Of a stretch of DNA of 64,000 nucleotides, positions 7,160-17,752 are shown piece by piece; position 1 is the stretch's first letter; each line of letters begins with the position of its first letter. This stretch comes from a virus. Where the stretch lies: IMG/VR virus record IMGVR_UViG_3300044617_001255, positions 1 through 64,000 of that record; one strand, 5' to 3'. Below the pieces are notes generated by a model. That model ran no database searches, had not been told where the DNA came from, and saw only the letters and a list, made by a program, of their open reading frames with translations. The translations under genes and the position numbers were made by a program.

Positions 7160-8074
7160 TCAAGAATACAGAGATTCTATGAACTTTAGCCAACTATTTC
7201 TGGCGACAGACCAATCATATTTTTTAGATTCTTCAAGTGCAAGAGAACACATGTTTTGATATTTTTCTGGATTTAATTTTAAATCATTTATTACATCTAC
7301 TGCTTTATCTATGAATAAATTTTCCTCAAATGGAAGAATTATTCCTGCACCACATTCTGCCATACTTGGAAAAATACCAGTGTGTGTTCCTAATATGGGA
7401 ATTCCTGAAGCAATTGATTCTATCGCTACAGTAGGAAGACCTTCTGTTAATGAAGAAAACATCAGAAGGTCGAAACAGTACAATTCTTCGGAGCATAAAA
7501 AGTGAAGGTTTTTTTGTTGTATTAAAGGAAGACCTGTTATTTCTGCAACTTTTTCTACCAATCTTCCTCTTTTTATGTCAACAGATTCATTTGCATCAAT
7601 ATTCTTTTGTATTGCTCCAACATATCCTATGCTTCTTAATTCTTTTGATTGATTTTTACGATGAATATTTGTGAAACAACCAACCTCAAGAATATGAGGA
7701 ATTCTATACACCCCATGTGCAATTGACATTGTTCTGACAATAGGAGATATTACACCATATGACTTAAATTTATTAAAATATTCTGCACCTAATTTTTTTT
7801 CAAAAATTATGTGCTTTATATCCATGTTTGAATGTGATATTGCACCCATTTTATTCAATGGTAATTTATAAGATGTATCAAGAACCATTGCTCCATGTGG
7901 AGTTGTAATTATGTAATCATATTTTTTGAGAAAATATTCAACATCTGTAGAGGAGTACCCTATTCTCCAATCAATTATATCACAATGAACATCTGGATAT
8001 AATGTCTTTATCAGGTCATTGTGTATTCTTCCAAATGCCCAATTATTTTCAATGTAAAATAGTATTCTCTTCAT
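7160..8074 (-). CDS. GT4-family glycosyltransferase
   Basis: [25 protein letters not shown] motif. Confidence 0.8.
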   Translation of the reverse strand: MKRILFYIENNWAFGRIHNDLIKTLYPDVHCDIIDWRIGYSSTDVEYFLKKYDYIITTPHGAMVLDTSYKLPLNKMGAISHSNMDIKHIIFEKKLGAEYFNKFKSYGVISPIVRTMSIAHGVYRIPHILEVGCFTNIHRKNQSKELRSIGYVGAIQKNIDANESVDIKRGRLVEKVAEITGLPLIQQKNLHFLCSEELYCFDLLMFSSLTEGLPTVAIESIASGIPILGTHTGIFPSMAECGAGIILPFEENLFIDKAVDVINDLKLNPEKYQNMCSLALEESKKYDWSVARNSWLKFIESLYS

Positions 8075-9842
8075 AATTTAATCTATATCCAAAAACATGA
8101 TCTCTTACATAATCTCTTGAGTCATCTTCTCTCAAGATTATTTTAAATCCATTTTTATCTAAAAATTCAATTACTTTGCTTTTTGTTCTGTATTTTTCGT
8201 CTTCTCCTCTATCCGCTCTAAAATCATGACAGCATATACAGATATTGTCAATAAACTTAATTGAATTTGTCATTCCTTTTATAATATCTATTTCTGAACC
8301 CTCAACATTCATTTTCAGATAATCAATTTTTGTTATGTTCATTTTTTCACAAAGATTATCTAGAGTATCTGCTTGAACCTTGATTCCAGTTTCTTCCTCA
8401 GAAATAGTATTGGAAATCCAATCTTGTTTATTTTCGATACAAACTTGTTTTGCTGAATCTGTTAATGCTAAATTAACTGGAATAATATTCGCAATATTAT
8501 TGTTACTGCAAACTTCCCTAAGAGAAGAGAAGACTTGAGGATGTGCTTCTATTGCAATTACTTTACCAGATTCTGAAACTTTTTCAGAAAATGGAATAGA
8601 ATCCTCACCCTTTCCTGCTCCAATGTCAATTACAGTATCACCTTCTTTTGGTGTGTAATTTACAAACCAATATTGTTCTGCATCTGAGAAGTATTGTTTA
8701 TACTTTTTTTTTAATTCTACTGGATGATTTGGATATTTCTTCTCAAAAGCATTCAGCACTGAACTATCCTTGGTTGTATACCAACCTGGTCCTGTATATA
8801 CATCCAATACATCTTGGAAATACTTTTCATACATCGGGGCAACCTTCTCAAGTGAGAAGTTTTCACCCCATTCTCTACAGTTTCTTGGGCTAATCTTGTC
8901 GATATTGTGAATTGCTTGCACAAAATCACCCATAGTTCTGCATCTATATCCAGTCAAACCATGTATGTTATTTTCTGCAAATGCACCCCAATCTGTTGTA
9001 ATTGTTGGAGTTCCAGACAGAAGATTTTCAATTTGAACACCGCCAAATGGCTCAACATACATGCTAGGAAGAAAACTGGCTTTTGCTTTACTCATAAGGC
9101 GTTTACGCATAGGCACATCTGCATAACCGACATATTCGACATGTGGAGGAAGTTTATAACCTTCTTCCTTTTGTCCAGCAATTACCAATTTTACTCCTGC
9201 TATTTCAGTAGCCTGTATTGCTACTTCTACTCCCTTACCGCTGTAGACTCTTCCCAAGTAAAGGAAATAATCTTCTTTTTCTTCACAGAAATCAAACTCT
9301 TCCAAATCAAAATAATTTGGAATCACGACATCATACCAATCTTGTTTACACATTCCGACATTTTCCAGACCGCAGTATGCATGGTAAATTGCATATGATT
9401 CAAATATCTTCCATCTAGCCCAATGACCACCAGCATAACCGATTCCTGGTTCCACTACAATCATATCATTCTGATGAGCATCACAAATAGTTCTGACACC
9501 AGAACCCCAGAAAGGAAGGAGAAAATCATTCTTTTGTTTTCTTTTGAAAAGTTCAATTATAGCATTTCTGTAGAAAGTTTGATATGCATGATCTCCAGTA
9601 TCAAATTTGAAGAATTTATTTCTCCAATCATGAGATCCATACGATATTTCAAAATCCTTATTTGTCAATACTGACACATGTTCATCACATACAACATCTG
9701 AATCTTCATGACCATAATGAATAACAGTATGTCCTCTAGCCTTCATCATTTTACAAAACTTTACAACTTTTTGTGTGTAAGCACAAGCATTGAAAGTTCT
9801 GCTAGAAACTGTATGGGGAAGACCTAAAACATGAAATCTCAT
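8049..9842 (-). CDS. GT4 glycosyltransferase fused to FkbM-family methyltransferase
   Basis: [16 protein letters not shown]; C-terminal [23 protein letters not shown]. Confidence 0.85.
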   Translation of the reverse strand: MRFHVLGLPHTVSSRTFNACAYTQKVVKFCKMMKARGHTVIHYGHEDSDVVCDEHVSVLTNKDFEISYGSHDWRNKFFKFDTGDHAYQTFYRNAIIELFKRKQKNDFLLPFWGSGVRTICDAHQNDMIVVEPGIGYAGGHWARWKIFESYAIYHAYCGLENVGMCKQDWYDVVIPNYFDLEEFDFCEEKEDYFLYLGRVYSGKGVEVAIQATEIAGVKLVIAGQKEEGYKLPPHVEYVGYADVPMRKRLMSKAKASFLPSMYVEPFGGVQIENLLSGTPTITTDWGAFAENNIHGLTGYRCRTMGDFVQAIHNIDKISPRNCREWGENFSLEKVAPMYEKYFQDVLDVYTGPGWYTTKDSSVLNAFEKKYPNHPVELKKKYKQYFSDAEQYWFVNYTPKEGDTVIDIGAGKGEDSIPFSEKVSESGKVIAIEAHPQVFSSLREVCSNNNIANIIPVNLALTDSAKQVCIENKQDWISNTISEEETGIKVQADTLDNLCEKMNITKIDYLKMNVEGSEIDIIKGMTNSIKFIDNICICCHDFRADRGEDEKYRTKSKVIEFLDKNGFKIILREDDSRDYVRDHVFGYRLNYEENTILH

Positions 9843-10393
9843 AAGTTAAATGCTCCATAATAACTTTTACCATAACAACCAGATTCTGCTAATTGAACAA
9901 CTGAACCTTTTTGACTAATCCATGAATTTAAAGTGGTTTCCTTAAGTTCATGTGGATGTCCTTCATGAGGAGGAATATCAATCCATTCAAAAATTCTTAA
10001 TACTTTAGCAGATCTTTTGGCGTTATTAATAATTTTTTCTGGATCTATGGTGTGTTGAAGACAATTATAAATCCACACTTCATCCCAACTTTCTTCTTCA
10101 ACATTTTCACCGACATCAACTTGAACCTTGATATTTTTTATACTATATCTATCGACAGTCCATTTTGGATATTGAATTGGATCTACAACTTTTCCTTCTT
10201 TTAAATTAAAACATTTTAAAAGAATTGATGTTGGACCTCCACCGATATCTAGAATTCTTTTATTGTGAACATTAAAAGAATAACCATGTCTTTCTAATCC
10301 CATGTATTTTGCATAAACATAGTGCTTTTGATCTTCATCAAAAGTGTTGCAGCAATCGCCCCAACAATTTATTTCAAATTGATAATCAATCAT
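9839..10393 (-). CDS. Class I SAM-dependent methyltransferase
   Basis: ILDIGGG, NCLQH..DP motifs. Confidence 0.75.
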   Translation of the reverse strand: MIDYQFEINCWGDCCNTFDEDQKHYVYAKYMGLERHGYSFNVHNKRILDIGGGPTSILLKCFNLKEGKVVDPIQYPKWTVDRYSIKNIKVQVDVGENVEEESWDEVWIYNCLQHTIDPEKIINNAKRSAKVLRIFEWIDIPPHEGHPHELKETTLNSWISQKGSVVQLAESGCYGKSYYGAFNL

Positions 10394-10402
10394 GATTTAT
10401 TA

Positions 10403-10714
10403 TCAATCTGCTAGTTTTAGTTGTGCTGTTGAGATAGATGAATCTGGGATAACAATACCATTTCCAAACATGCTGCTATAGTGATTTGCAAGTTCTGTTC
10501 TTGGTTCAACTACACAAACAACATGAGACGACTTGAGTGTAACTCCAGTAGTTTCAACATTTGTATAAGGAAGCCAAGGCATAAGACCAAGTTCTCCCTT
10601 ACCAGTTGGAATAATAATTGTTGGTTTTGTAATTGTTACTGTAGTGTCTGTTTGTTCAGTAACTGTTGTGAGAAGTTGTTCACCTGTTGTTAGTACGACG
10701 AGTCGAATATTCAT
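10403..10714 (-). CDS. Conserved T4-like phage Sm-fold-like hypothetical protein
   Basis: LVVLTTGEQL...LMPWLPY...Y..MFG.GIV.P pattern. Confidence 0.55.
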   Translation of the reverse strand: MNIRLVVLTTGEQLLTTVTEQTDTTVTITKPTIIIPTGKGELGLMPWLPYTNVETTGVTLKSSHVVCVVEPRTELANHYSSMFGNGIVIPDSSISTAQLKLAD

Positions 10715-10830
10715 TTTGTTTTTTCACTTTCTTTTTAAAGATTTTATCATAATTCTCTGACCACTTCTTATAGTCTACTCTACGGTATGTATCACCTTTT
10801 CCTGCTGAATGTTTACGATTACTCATGATT

Positions 10831-11025
10831 TTATGCTGTAATATAAAATGTAGCGTTCTTGTATATGCGAATTTGATCTGATCTATAGTGTCTCACAATA
10901 CCAGTATCACAATGGACTACACACCATATATCGTTTTCAAATGTACCACCATCTCTTACATAAAGAGCATATCCTTCTTTGTTTTCTTCAATAATTACAG
11001 GTATTGGATTTGAAAATTGCATCAT
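10831..11025 (-). CDS. Hypothetical protein
   Basis: ORF track. Confidence 0.5.
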   Translation of the reverse strand: MMQFSNPIPVIIEENKEGYALYVRDGGTFENDIWCVVHCDTGIVRHYRSDQIRIYKNATFYITA

Positions 11026-12026
11026 TATATTTTCTCCGGATGTGATGAAAATAATACATCAGCATCATCCATATAATTTCGATTTTCATCCCAGATAGTT
11101 CTGCTGATGTAAGTCTTCATTTCATTAAACGAATCAAAAGTTTTCAATTCATCTTTATGATATAGTTTGAATACACCAATTTTTTGAAGTACATCACATT
11201 TATTGATAATAATACAAGTTGCACCAGAAAGATTAATAGATTTCATCAACATATCAAGATTTAGCCAATTTGCAAATCTTGCACGACCGGTTGTAGTACC
11301 ATATTCTCCACCTTCCTGGACTATACGATTCAAAGTTTCATCATTGCGAAGACTTTCTGGGAATAGAGGATCAACTCCGCTCTTAGTATCATAAATCTTG
11401 GCTACACCAATAATAGATGCAATATTTAGTGGAGAAAATCCAAGAGAACATGCTGCATATGGAAGAGTGTTACTGCTTGTTACATATGGATAATTTCCCC
11501 AATCGACATCAAGCCATACACTCTGTGCACCTTCACAAAGAACATTTCCCGATAGTTTCTCATCCCAAATGTACTGAGATTCAAGTTTATCTTTTGCTAA
11601 AATTCCTTTGCGTAACATCTTATCTGCATAACATGGAGCAATACCCTGTGAGGTAGTTCCTAGATTTTTAGATAAATGATTTACATCATATACAATATGT
11701 TCATTTGTGATTACATGTGTTCTTGGGGAGACTTTTACAAGAGAAGTATCAAATCCTTCTTGTTTGAGATATTCAAGTTCTCCATAAAATTTATCAATAT
11801 TAATAACACATCCAGGTCCAATGATAGATGGAACACCAGCAAAGACTCCACTAGGAATCATGTGTGTTTTATACTTTTTACCATTGAGATAAACGGTGTG
11901 TCCAGCATTCGGACCACCATTCCAACGGCAAACGAAATCATATTCATTCGCTATACCACCAGAAACTTTTCCTTTTCCTTCATCTCCCCAACACAAACCA
12001 CAAATAATATCAACAGATTCAACCAT
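11025..12026 (-). CDS. purA: Adenylosuccinate synthetase (short form)
   Basis: WGDEGKGK, GGPNAGHT, GTT..GIAP.Y.DK, EGAQ, YPYVTSS, EYGTTTGR, NKCD; start placed at MVESVD after AAGGA. Confidence 0.93.
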   Translation of the reverse strand: MVESVDIICGLCWGDEGKGKVSGGIANEYDFVCRWNGGPNAGHTVYLNGKKYKTHMIPSGVFAGVPSIIGPGCVINIDKFYGELEYLKQEGFDTSLVKVSPRTHVITNEHIVYDVNHLSKNLGTTSQGIAPCYADKMLRKGILAKDKLESQYIWDEKLSGNVLCEGAQSVWLDVDWGNYPYVTSSNTLPYAACSLGFSPLNIASIIGVAKIYDTKSGVDPLFPESLRNDETLNRIVQEGGEYGTTTGRARFANWLNLDMLMKSINLSGATCIIINKCDVLQKIGVFKLYHKDELKTFDSFNEMKTYISRTIWDENRNYMDDADVLFSSHPEKI

Positions 12027-12037
12027 TGTATAATCCT

Positions 12038-12826
12038 TTATATTGTAATTTTGTTCCACAAATTTTTCCAGTTTGTGCATTCTGCATCTATCTCTGGCGG
12101 TTGTATATAGGCAAGATGATACGCTAAAGATGGAATAGGATTGAATGCAATAATAGTTTCATTTTCCTTGACATTCAATCCTTTATACTTTAAATTTATA
12201 GTATTATCTTCACAAACATTTGGATATTCTAAAGCCATTCTTTCATACATTTCAAAATTATTTCTCAAAATAATAGAATGTGTGAAAAAACTTAAAGTTG
12301 TATACTTGACATGTCTCCAATATCTTTTGTTGACGTTAAATAAAACTGTTGGTTCTTCTCTATTGTTAATATAACGGTAAGGGCAATCAAAAGGAAAAAT
12401 CAATACATTATCCTTAAATCTTTCTGTGAAATAATGATATGCATTATACATTTCATCAATAGCATTTTTTTCATGAAGATAATCATCTTCAATCACATAA
12501 ATTAATTCATCTTTTTGAATTGCTAACTTAAATTGTTCGTGGGAAGAATGATTGAATCCTCTTTGTTTAAGATTTATAAATTTACATTTTACATTGAGTG
12601 ATTTCAAACATTTTTTCATTTCTTTTATAAAAGAAACATCAGAATGATCATCTAAAATGGTAAATGATATATCATGACAACTATTATTGATTGTAGTTAT
12701 CAACGAATTTAAACATTTAAGAATCATGATAGATCTATCACTACCACAAATTCTATTTGATTTATTGATGTTATTGTCTAATAGAGAATTAAGACAAGTT
12801 CTCAATATTACATGAATCTTTCCCAT
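12038..12826 (-). CDS. GT2-like glycosyltransferase
   Basis: ILDDHS, YVIEDDYLH. Confidence 0.7.
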   Translation of the reverse strand: MGKIHVILRTCLNSLLDNNINKSNRICGSDRSIMILKCLNSLITTINNSCHDISFTILDDHSDVSFIKEMKKCLKSLNVKCKFINLKQRGFNHSSHEQFKLAIQKDELIYVIEDDYLHEKNAIDEMYNAYHYFTERFKDNVLIFPFDCPYRYINNREEPTVLFNVNKRYWRHVKYTTLSFFTHSIILRNNFEMYERMALEYPNVCEDNTINLKYKGLNVKENETIIAFNPIPSLAYHLAYIQPPEIDAECTNWKNLWNKITI

Positions 12827-12828
12827 AA

Positions 12829-12900
12829 AGCCACCTAAAGGATTTGAACCTTCAACCTATCGCTTACAAAGCGATGGCTCTGCCGTTGAGCTAAGGTGGC
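12829..12900 (-). tRNA. tRNA-Thr(TGT)
   Basis: GCCACCT/AGGTGGC, loop TTTGTAA. Confidence 0.92.
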
Positions 12901-12901
12901 A

Positions 12902-12974
12902 CTCTTTCGGCTGGGTTCGAACCAGCGACATTGGAGTTAACAGCTCCACGCTCTACCAACTGAGCTACGAAAGA
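12902..12974 (-). tRNA. tRNA-Asn(GTT)
   Basis: TCTTTCG/CGAAAGA, loop CTGTTAA. Confidence 0.92.
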
Positions 12975-12975
12975 A

Positions 12976-13046
12976 TTCCCTCGCATAGATTCGAACTATG
13001 AATAAGAGGTTCAAAGCCTCCTGTGTTACCGTTACACCACAAGGGA
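12976..13046 (-). tRNA. tRNA-Gln(TTG)
   Basis: TCCCTTG/CGAGGGA, loop CTTTGAA. Confidence 0.9.
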
Positions 13047-13050
13047 AAAA

Positions 13051-13123
13051 TGCCTCCTGTAGGGATCGAACCTACGACCAGCTGATTAAAAGTCGGCTGC
13101 TCTACCAACTGAGCTAAGGAGGC
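13051..13123 (-). tRNA. tRNA-Lys(TTT)
   Basis: GCCTCCT/AGGAGGC, loop CTTTTAA. Confidence 0.92.
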
Positions 13124-13128
13124 AAAAA

Positions 13129-13174
13129 TACGGTTTATGTTTTAGATTTGAGAGAACCGTAAACTTCAAATCTA
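13129..13174 (-). other. H-type RNA pseudoknot just 5' of tRNA-Lys
   Basis: S1 TAGATTTGA/TCAAATCTA; loop TACGGTT pairs with downstream AACCGTA. Confidence 0.55.
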
Positions 13175-13252
13175 GGATTCCTTACTTATAATATAAACTA
13201 AAATAATTTAAATATAATGAATCATGATAAACCTCATCAACTGAACATGCGT

Positions 13253-13280
13253 ATTATATAGCACTACTTGCTGTTGTCAA
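13253..13280 (-). promoter_or_regulatory. Early promoter TTGACA-N16-TATAAT for the tRNA cluster
   Basis: tgtcaa 13275-13280, attata 13253-13258. Confidence 0.75.
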
Positions 13281-14362
13281 GTACCAATCGTATAAGGTTC
13301 AAAAGTTTCATTTAACTGACGGTTTACACGAATAAACGTAGTACAACGGGGAAGATCTCTAAGTCTCTCTGCACCTGTGTAGGTGCAAGCAGAAGAAATA
13401 CCACCCAAGATGTGCTTGATAGTCTTTTCAATTGGACCGCTATATGGGACGTAAATTACTCGTCCTTCAGATGAACGATAATCTGCGACACCACCAGCAT
13501 ATTTGTTCATTGCTTCTGAAGAAGACATTCCATAAAACTTCTTGCTTTTGATATTACCAGCATCGTCATATTGAATTTCTCCGCCTGCTTCGTCAGAGCC
13601 AGCGAACATTCCACCAATCATTACAAAATCTGTTCCAGCACCATATGCCTTTGCAACATCTCCGGGTGAAGTACATCCACCATCAGAAAGAACATATGCA
13701 TCCATACCATGCGCAGCATCGGCACATTCTAGAATGGTTGAGAGTTGTGGATAACCAACTCCCGCTACCTTACGTGTCATACAGGCTGAACCTGGTCCGA
13801 TTCCAATCTTTACAATATTTGCACCTGCAATGATAAGAGCCTCAGTCATTTCTCTAGTAACAACATTACCAGCAATTATAATCTTATTTTTAAAGATCTT
13901 TCTGACTGTTGAGACATAATCAACAAACTTTTCCGTATAACCGTTTGCTACATCAATGCAGATGAAATTTACATTTTGACAATGATCCAGAATCTTGGTA
14001 GCCTTTTCGATTTCATTATAAGTTGATTCTGAAGAGGATCCCATACCCATGGTATATACAAGATTTCCAGAGCAATTTGTTTGCATTAGAAGATGATTGT
14101 AATTTTGTACCCACTCATCATAAGAATAATACTTGTGAATCGCTGTCAACAATCCATATTTACAAGCCTTTTCTGCAACTGTAAACGTTCCAGTAGTATC
14201 CATATTTGATACTACAATTGGAACACCAGTCCATTTTAGATCTGGATTCTTGAAACTAAAAGTTCGTTCAAGTTCGACCTCTCTACGAGAACTCAAATCA
14301 CTTCTCTTTGGACGAATAAGAACATCACAAAAATCAAGTTTCACACCATCTTCAATTCTCAT
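13277..14362 (-). CDS. guaC: GMP reductase
   Basis: [49 protein letters not shown]. Confidence 0.92.
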   Translation of the reverse strand: MRIEDGVKLDFCDVLIRPKRSDLSSRREVELERTFSFKNPDLKWTGVPIVVSNMDTTGTFTVAEKACKYGLLTAIHKYYSYDEWVQNYNHLLMQTNCSGNLVYTMGMGSSSESTYNEIEKATKILDHCQNVNFICIDVANGYTEKFVDYVSTVRKIFKNKIIIAGNVVTREMTEALIIAGANIVKIGIGPGSACMTRKVAGVGYPQLSTILECADAAHGMDAYVLSDGGCTSPGDVAKAYGAGTDFVMIGGMFAGSDEAGGEIQYDDAGNIKSKKFYGMSSSEAMNKYAGGVADYRSSEGRVIYVPYSGPIEKTIKHILGGISSACTYTGAERLRDLPRCTTFIRVNRQLNETFEPYTIGT

Positions 14363-14381
14363 AATATAAATCCTTTTTCAA

Positions 14382-14567
14382 TTATTTCTTTTCGTTTATC
14401 CAATCATATCTAGCATCTACTAACGAACCTAGTCTCTTCATTATTTTTGCAAGATCTTGTGAATTGATTTTGTCTAGAAGGTATTGTTCATAACCAATTA
14501 CTGCTTCTTCGGCAGCACCAATCAATTCCTGAATGTAAGCAAAAGAATCTGGTTGTTTTGATTTCAT
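14382..14567 (-). CDS. Hypothetical protein
   Basis: RBS AGGAG. Confidence 0.5.
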   Translation of the reverse strand: MKSKQPDSFAYIQELIGAAEEAVIGYEQYLLDKINSQDLAKIMKRLGSLVDARYDWINEKK

Positions 14568-14576
14568 TTTACACTC

Positions 14577-14813
14577 CTATTCTGACAAGTCAATTAAGTC
14601 TTTGTTGTTTTGTATGGATACTTGATTTTCTATAATCTTATTGAAAAAATCTCTTAATTTTACTATCTCATCTATGCGAAAATCATTATCCATATTATTT
14701 AGACAAAACAATTCTCCATGGGTGGAGTGTGTTACAACAATACAATTAGGATTATCCTCAGTGAGGTCATATAGTTTACACTCATACCTTGCATTCATAT
14801 TAATCCAATTCAT
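14577..14813 (-). CDS. Hypothetical protein
   Basis: ORF track, overlapping neighbours. Confidence 0.5.
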   Translation of the reverse strand: MNWINMNARYECKLYDLTEDNPNCIVVTHSTHGELFCLNNMDNDFRIDEIVKLRDFFNKIIENQVSIQNNKDLIDLSE

Positions 14814-15072
14814 ATTTTCCGGAAGTTTCCATGTGATGGAGATTCATGATTAAACGAACAGAATCGGACATATCAACCACATCGTCATAATCTCCTATGA
14901 AGACATAGGCATAGCCAATAAGTTCTTTTGGATTTTTTGAACTTGCGAGTGGTCTTGCTTCAGTTTTATCTATTTGGCAAAATAAAGAGTATATTCCATT
15001 ACCAACATAATCTATCCATAGATCACTCTTTGGTTCCCGATTCTGATTGTTGCTTGACTTCCTTGATTTCAT
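14800..15072 (-). CDS. Hypothetical protein
   Basis: ORF track, overlapping neighbours. Confidence 0.5.
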   Translation of the reverse strand: MKSRKSSNNQNREPKSDLWIDYVGNGIYSLFCQIDKTEARPLASSKNPKELIGYAYVFIGDYDDVVDMSDSVRLIMNLHHMETSGKYELD

Positions 15073-15640
15073 TTTCTGTTTCTTTCTTTTGTCTTATTTT
15101 CCAGTAATTCTTACCATAGTTTACAAAAATTTCAGAATCTTTTGGTATTAAAGTTTTTGCTTTTACTGTCATAATTTCGTTTTTATAATCAAGGTTTACA
15201 ATCGTATTTTGATTATCGGAATGATTATAGATTGAACCATATCCAAGAGCCATATACTGATGGGGACCATGAATTTGGCAGTCTTTGCACATGCAATTAT
15301 TATTGGTCCAAACATAATCTTTAATTACTGGATCTCCATTGTACTTTGCCCTCCAGCCCAATCTGAGAAGACGAACTTCTTCAATTAACTCTCCCTCTTG
15401 GATATCTTCATTGGCAAAAACACCATAATTATGTACCGGAGACTTTTTTACTTGAATTTTATTTGATGGACCTTTGATCAAATCTAGAATAGGAGGAGCA
15501 GAGGGTGTTTCTGTTTTTTGATCAGGTTTAGAAAGAACAGCAACTCCTGGTTCTGGTACTTCTACTTTATATTCCTTCAGTTTTGGATTTGCTTCAATAA
15601 ATTTCTCAAAATCACTCAACTTTTCATTATCTAGATTCAT
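15023..15640 (-). CDS. SET-domain protein-lysine methyltransferase
   Basis: S.VH.YGVFA..DI..GELI, GYGSIYNHS, EIFVNYG..YW. Confidence 0.88.
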   Translation of the reverse strand: MNLDNEKLSDFEKFIEANPKLKEYKVEVPEPGVAVLSKPDQKTETPSAPPILDLIKGPSNKIQVKKSPVHNYGVFANEDIQEGELIEEVRLLRLGWRAKYNGDPVIKDYVWTNNNCMCKDCQIHGPHQYMALGYGSIYNHSDNQNTIVNLDYKNEIMTVKAKTLIPKDSEIFVNYGKNYWKIRQKKETENEIKEVKQQSESGTKE

Positions 15641-15654
15641 ATTTTATTCCCTTA

Positions 15655-16194
15655 TCACTTTTTTTTCTTTTTGGGTGGAGTATTTTCTTCCTCACTATCT
15701 ATGTCCTCTTCTTGAGGTTGTTCTTCATTTTCTTGAGGAACTTCTTCTTGAGAAACTTCTTCTCCTTCAACTGGTTGTTCCATTTGTTGTTCTGCATCAT
15801 CCATATCACCTGTTTGATTTTGCATTTCTGCTTGTTGCATCATCATTTGCTGTTGCATCATCATTTGTTGCATTTCCATTTGTTGAATATATTCAGCAAC
15901 CATATTGATTTTTGCCATTGTATCTTGCAATGGTGTTGTTTGTATAATCTTGAACAATTTATCTTTTAAATTTACTGGTAATTGATATGAAGACAAAGAT
16001 CCCATAGTGAGTTGCGCTGGAGCAACACCGAAGGAAGGAGCACCTGCAATATTTGTGTTCATGTCTTGACCAGGAACAGAGGGTCCAATATCTTCACTCA
16101 AAACATGTTTAAGTTGCTCTTGAATGCGTGTCTTTTTTCTTGATTTCAAAACACTATTGAAAATTTCATGTATTTGGCTGCTCTTGCTGTTCAT
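15655..16194 (-). CDS. Hypothetical Q/M- and E-rich low-complexity protein
   Basis: Start moved to MNSK after AAGGA. Confidence 0.55.
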   Translation of the reverse strand: MNSKSSQIHEIFNSVLKSRKKTRIQEQLKHVLSEDIGPSVPGQDMNTNIAGAPSFGVAPAQLTMGSLSSYQLPVNLKDKLFKIIQTTPLQDTMAKINMVAEYIQQMEMQQMMMQQQMMMQQAEMQNQTGDMDDAEQQMEQPVEGEEVSQEEVPQENEEQPQEEDIDSEEENTPPKKKKK

Positions 16195-16882
16195 TTGGGA
16201 ATCCTTTTTGATTGTAGTAATTTTCCATATATTCGGGTGCAAACGTCAATACTATTTGTTCAAAATCCATATTTTTATCTGGATTATTTATTTGTGCTTC
16301 GACTTCAATGTTAGGATGAGTGAAGGTTACAACGGCATCTGGTGAATCATCTGGGGGAAGAATTACACCATACCCCAAATCAAAATATGTTGGTCTTTCT
16401 TCTGCGGCTCTTCTATTGTCTTCTGCTCTCCAACGAAGACTACGAGAATGCCCATTATCTCCCATATATTTTTCTATTGTAGCAGCATATCTGTCTTGAA
16501 ATTCAGGATCGAAGTCTGCTCTCATTGCTGATTGAAAATTTACCATTCTATCTTGTGGTTCAAGATATTTGATAAAATCTGGATAGTGTCTCATTACTTT
16601 TTTTGTATGATCTATCCATGCCTTATGTCTTGTTGTTTCGCCATAAAGATCATCTGGTGTAGCACCAATTGAATTTGCAAATTCTACGTTTGACATGGCG
16701 AAACCATTTAGATCATTGTGAACTTTAGACATGTCAACATCATATGCTCCTGCGTCGTTTGATTTTGCATATCCTTTATTTGCCATCCACTCTAGATGCT
16801 TTTGTCTAGCCTCTTGATCTTGTGCATTAGAATGACGACTTAACATAAGATATTTTGCCAACATTGGAGGTAAATATGTCAT
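16166..16882 (-). CDS. Hypothetical protein
   Basis: Start moved to MTYL (ATGA overlap). Confidence 0.55.
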   Translation of the reverse strand: MTYLPPMLAKYLMLSRHSNAQDQEARQKHLEWMANKGYAKSNDAGAYDVDMSKVHNDLNGFAMSNVEFANSIGATPDDLYGETTRHKAWIDHTKKVMRHYPDFIKYLEPQDRMVNFQSAMRADFDPEFQDRYAATIEKYMGDNGHSRSLRWRAEDNRRAAEERPTYFDLGYGVILPPDDSPDAVVTFTHPNIEVEAQINNPDKNMDFEQIVLTFAPEYMENYYNQKGFPNEQQEQPNT

Positions 16883-17454
16883 GATTTTGCCTTTCTTGGA
16901 TTGACTGTAAGTAGAGTGTCTTGGTGTTGAAATTCTTGTCCCCAAATACTTTCCGGAGTATTTTTATCAGGATTATATTGTATTTCTTCTCCGCCTTGTC
17001 TTAAAGACACTCTACCATGAGATCTTGCAACTCTATTCCAATATTTTATTGCTCCTTCAGTTTGCTTGTAGTCTGAAACCACAGGCATTTGATAATGATC
17101 TGCAACATGATGAAGTATTCCACTGTGTAATTTATTTTTCATCTGTGGATTTCTTAACATACTGGAAATTTGAAGATGATCTTTACGATGATTCATTTTC
17201 AAATAACCATGCGGTTCTCCAGAATCGTCATGTACAACAAAATGAACTATTCCTTTTGGTCCAGATGCTGCTGTAACTTTATATCCTTCTAACTTTGGCA
17301 AAGATTCAGAACCAAATTCTGCTGCATCTTGATTTACATCATTAATAACCTTATCCCACACATTTTTTCTTTCATTTTCATTTTCTGTAGTTGGTTTGGA
17401 TGGTATATTTGATACTGTAGGCATTTCACATATAAATTTCAAAAAAGATTTCAT
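16879..17454 (-). CDS. Putative internal virion protein, possible degenerate GNAT-like fold
   Basis: N-terminus MKSFLKFICE; VVSD..QT.GA.KYW. Confidence 0.45.
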   Translation of the reverse strand: MKSFLKFICEMPTVSNIPSKPTTENENERKNVWDKVINDVNQDAAEFGSESLPKLEGYKVTAASGPKGIVHFVVHDDSGEPHGYLKMNHRKDHLQISSMLRNPQMKNKLHSGILHHVADHYQMPVVSDYKQTEGAIKYWNRVARSHGRVSLRQGGEEIQYNPDKNTPESIWGQEFQHQDTLLTVNPRKAKS

Positions 17455-17455
17455 A

Positions 17456-17725
17456 TTAGTTTTCTTTATCTAATTTATCATAATATTCTTTATTTCTTCT
17501 TTCCATCTCTCTGTAGTCAGCAGGATGGGAGAGGTATCTATCAGTAGGTTTACCAGTCATACGACCCAATATTCTATTAATTTTTTCTACATCTTTTTTA
17601 GAAGTATTTGAATCTTTTCTTTTGCGAATAAGTTGCATTACCCTCTTAGATCTACTAACTCTTCTCTCTCCAGTTAGTTCTTCAGGATTTTGTAAATATT
17701 CTAATAATTGTTTAAATGATGACAT
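17456..17725 (-). CDS. Putative internal virion protein
   Basis: MSSFKQLLE; late promoter 17741-17748. Confidence 0.5.
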   Translation of the reverse strand: MSSFKQLLEYLQNPEELTGERRVSRSKRVMQLIRKRKDSNTSKKDVEKINRILGRMTGKPTDRYLSHPADYREMERRNKEYYDKLDKEN

Positions 17726-17740
17726 ATTTTCCTCTTCACA

Positions 17741-17752
17741 TATTTATAAATA
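17741..17752. promoter_or_regulatory. Palindromic bidirectional late promoter TATTTATAAATA
   Basis: TATAAATA on both strands between divergent genes. Confidence 0.7.

Noticed and set aside
11025-12026. PurZ (2-aminoadenine DNA pathway)
   Set aside because: Keeps the catalytic Asp (WGDEGKG) of PurA rather than the Ser of PurZ; no datZ or mazZ seen in the window
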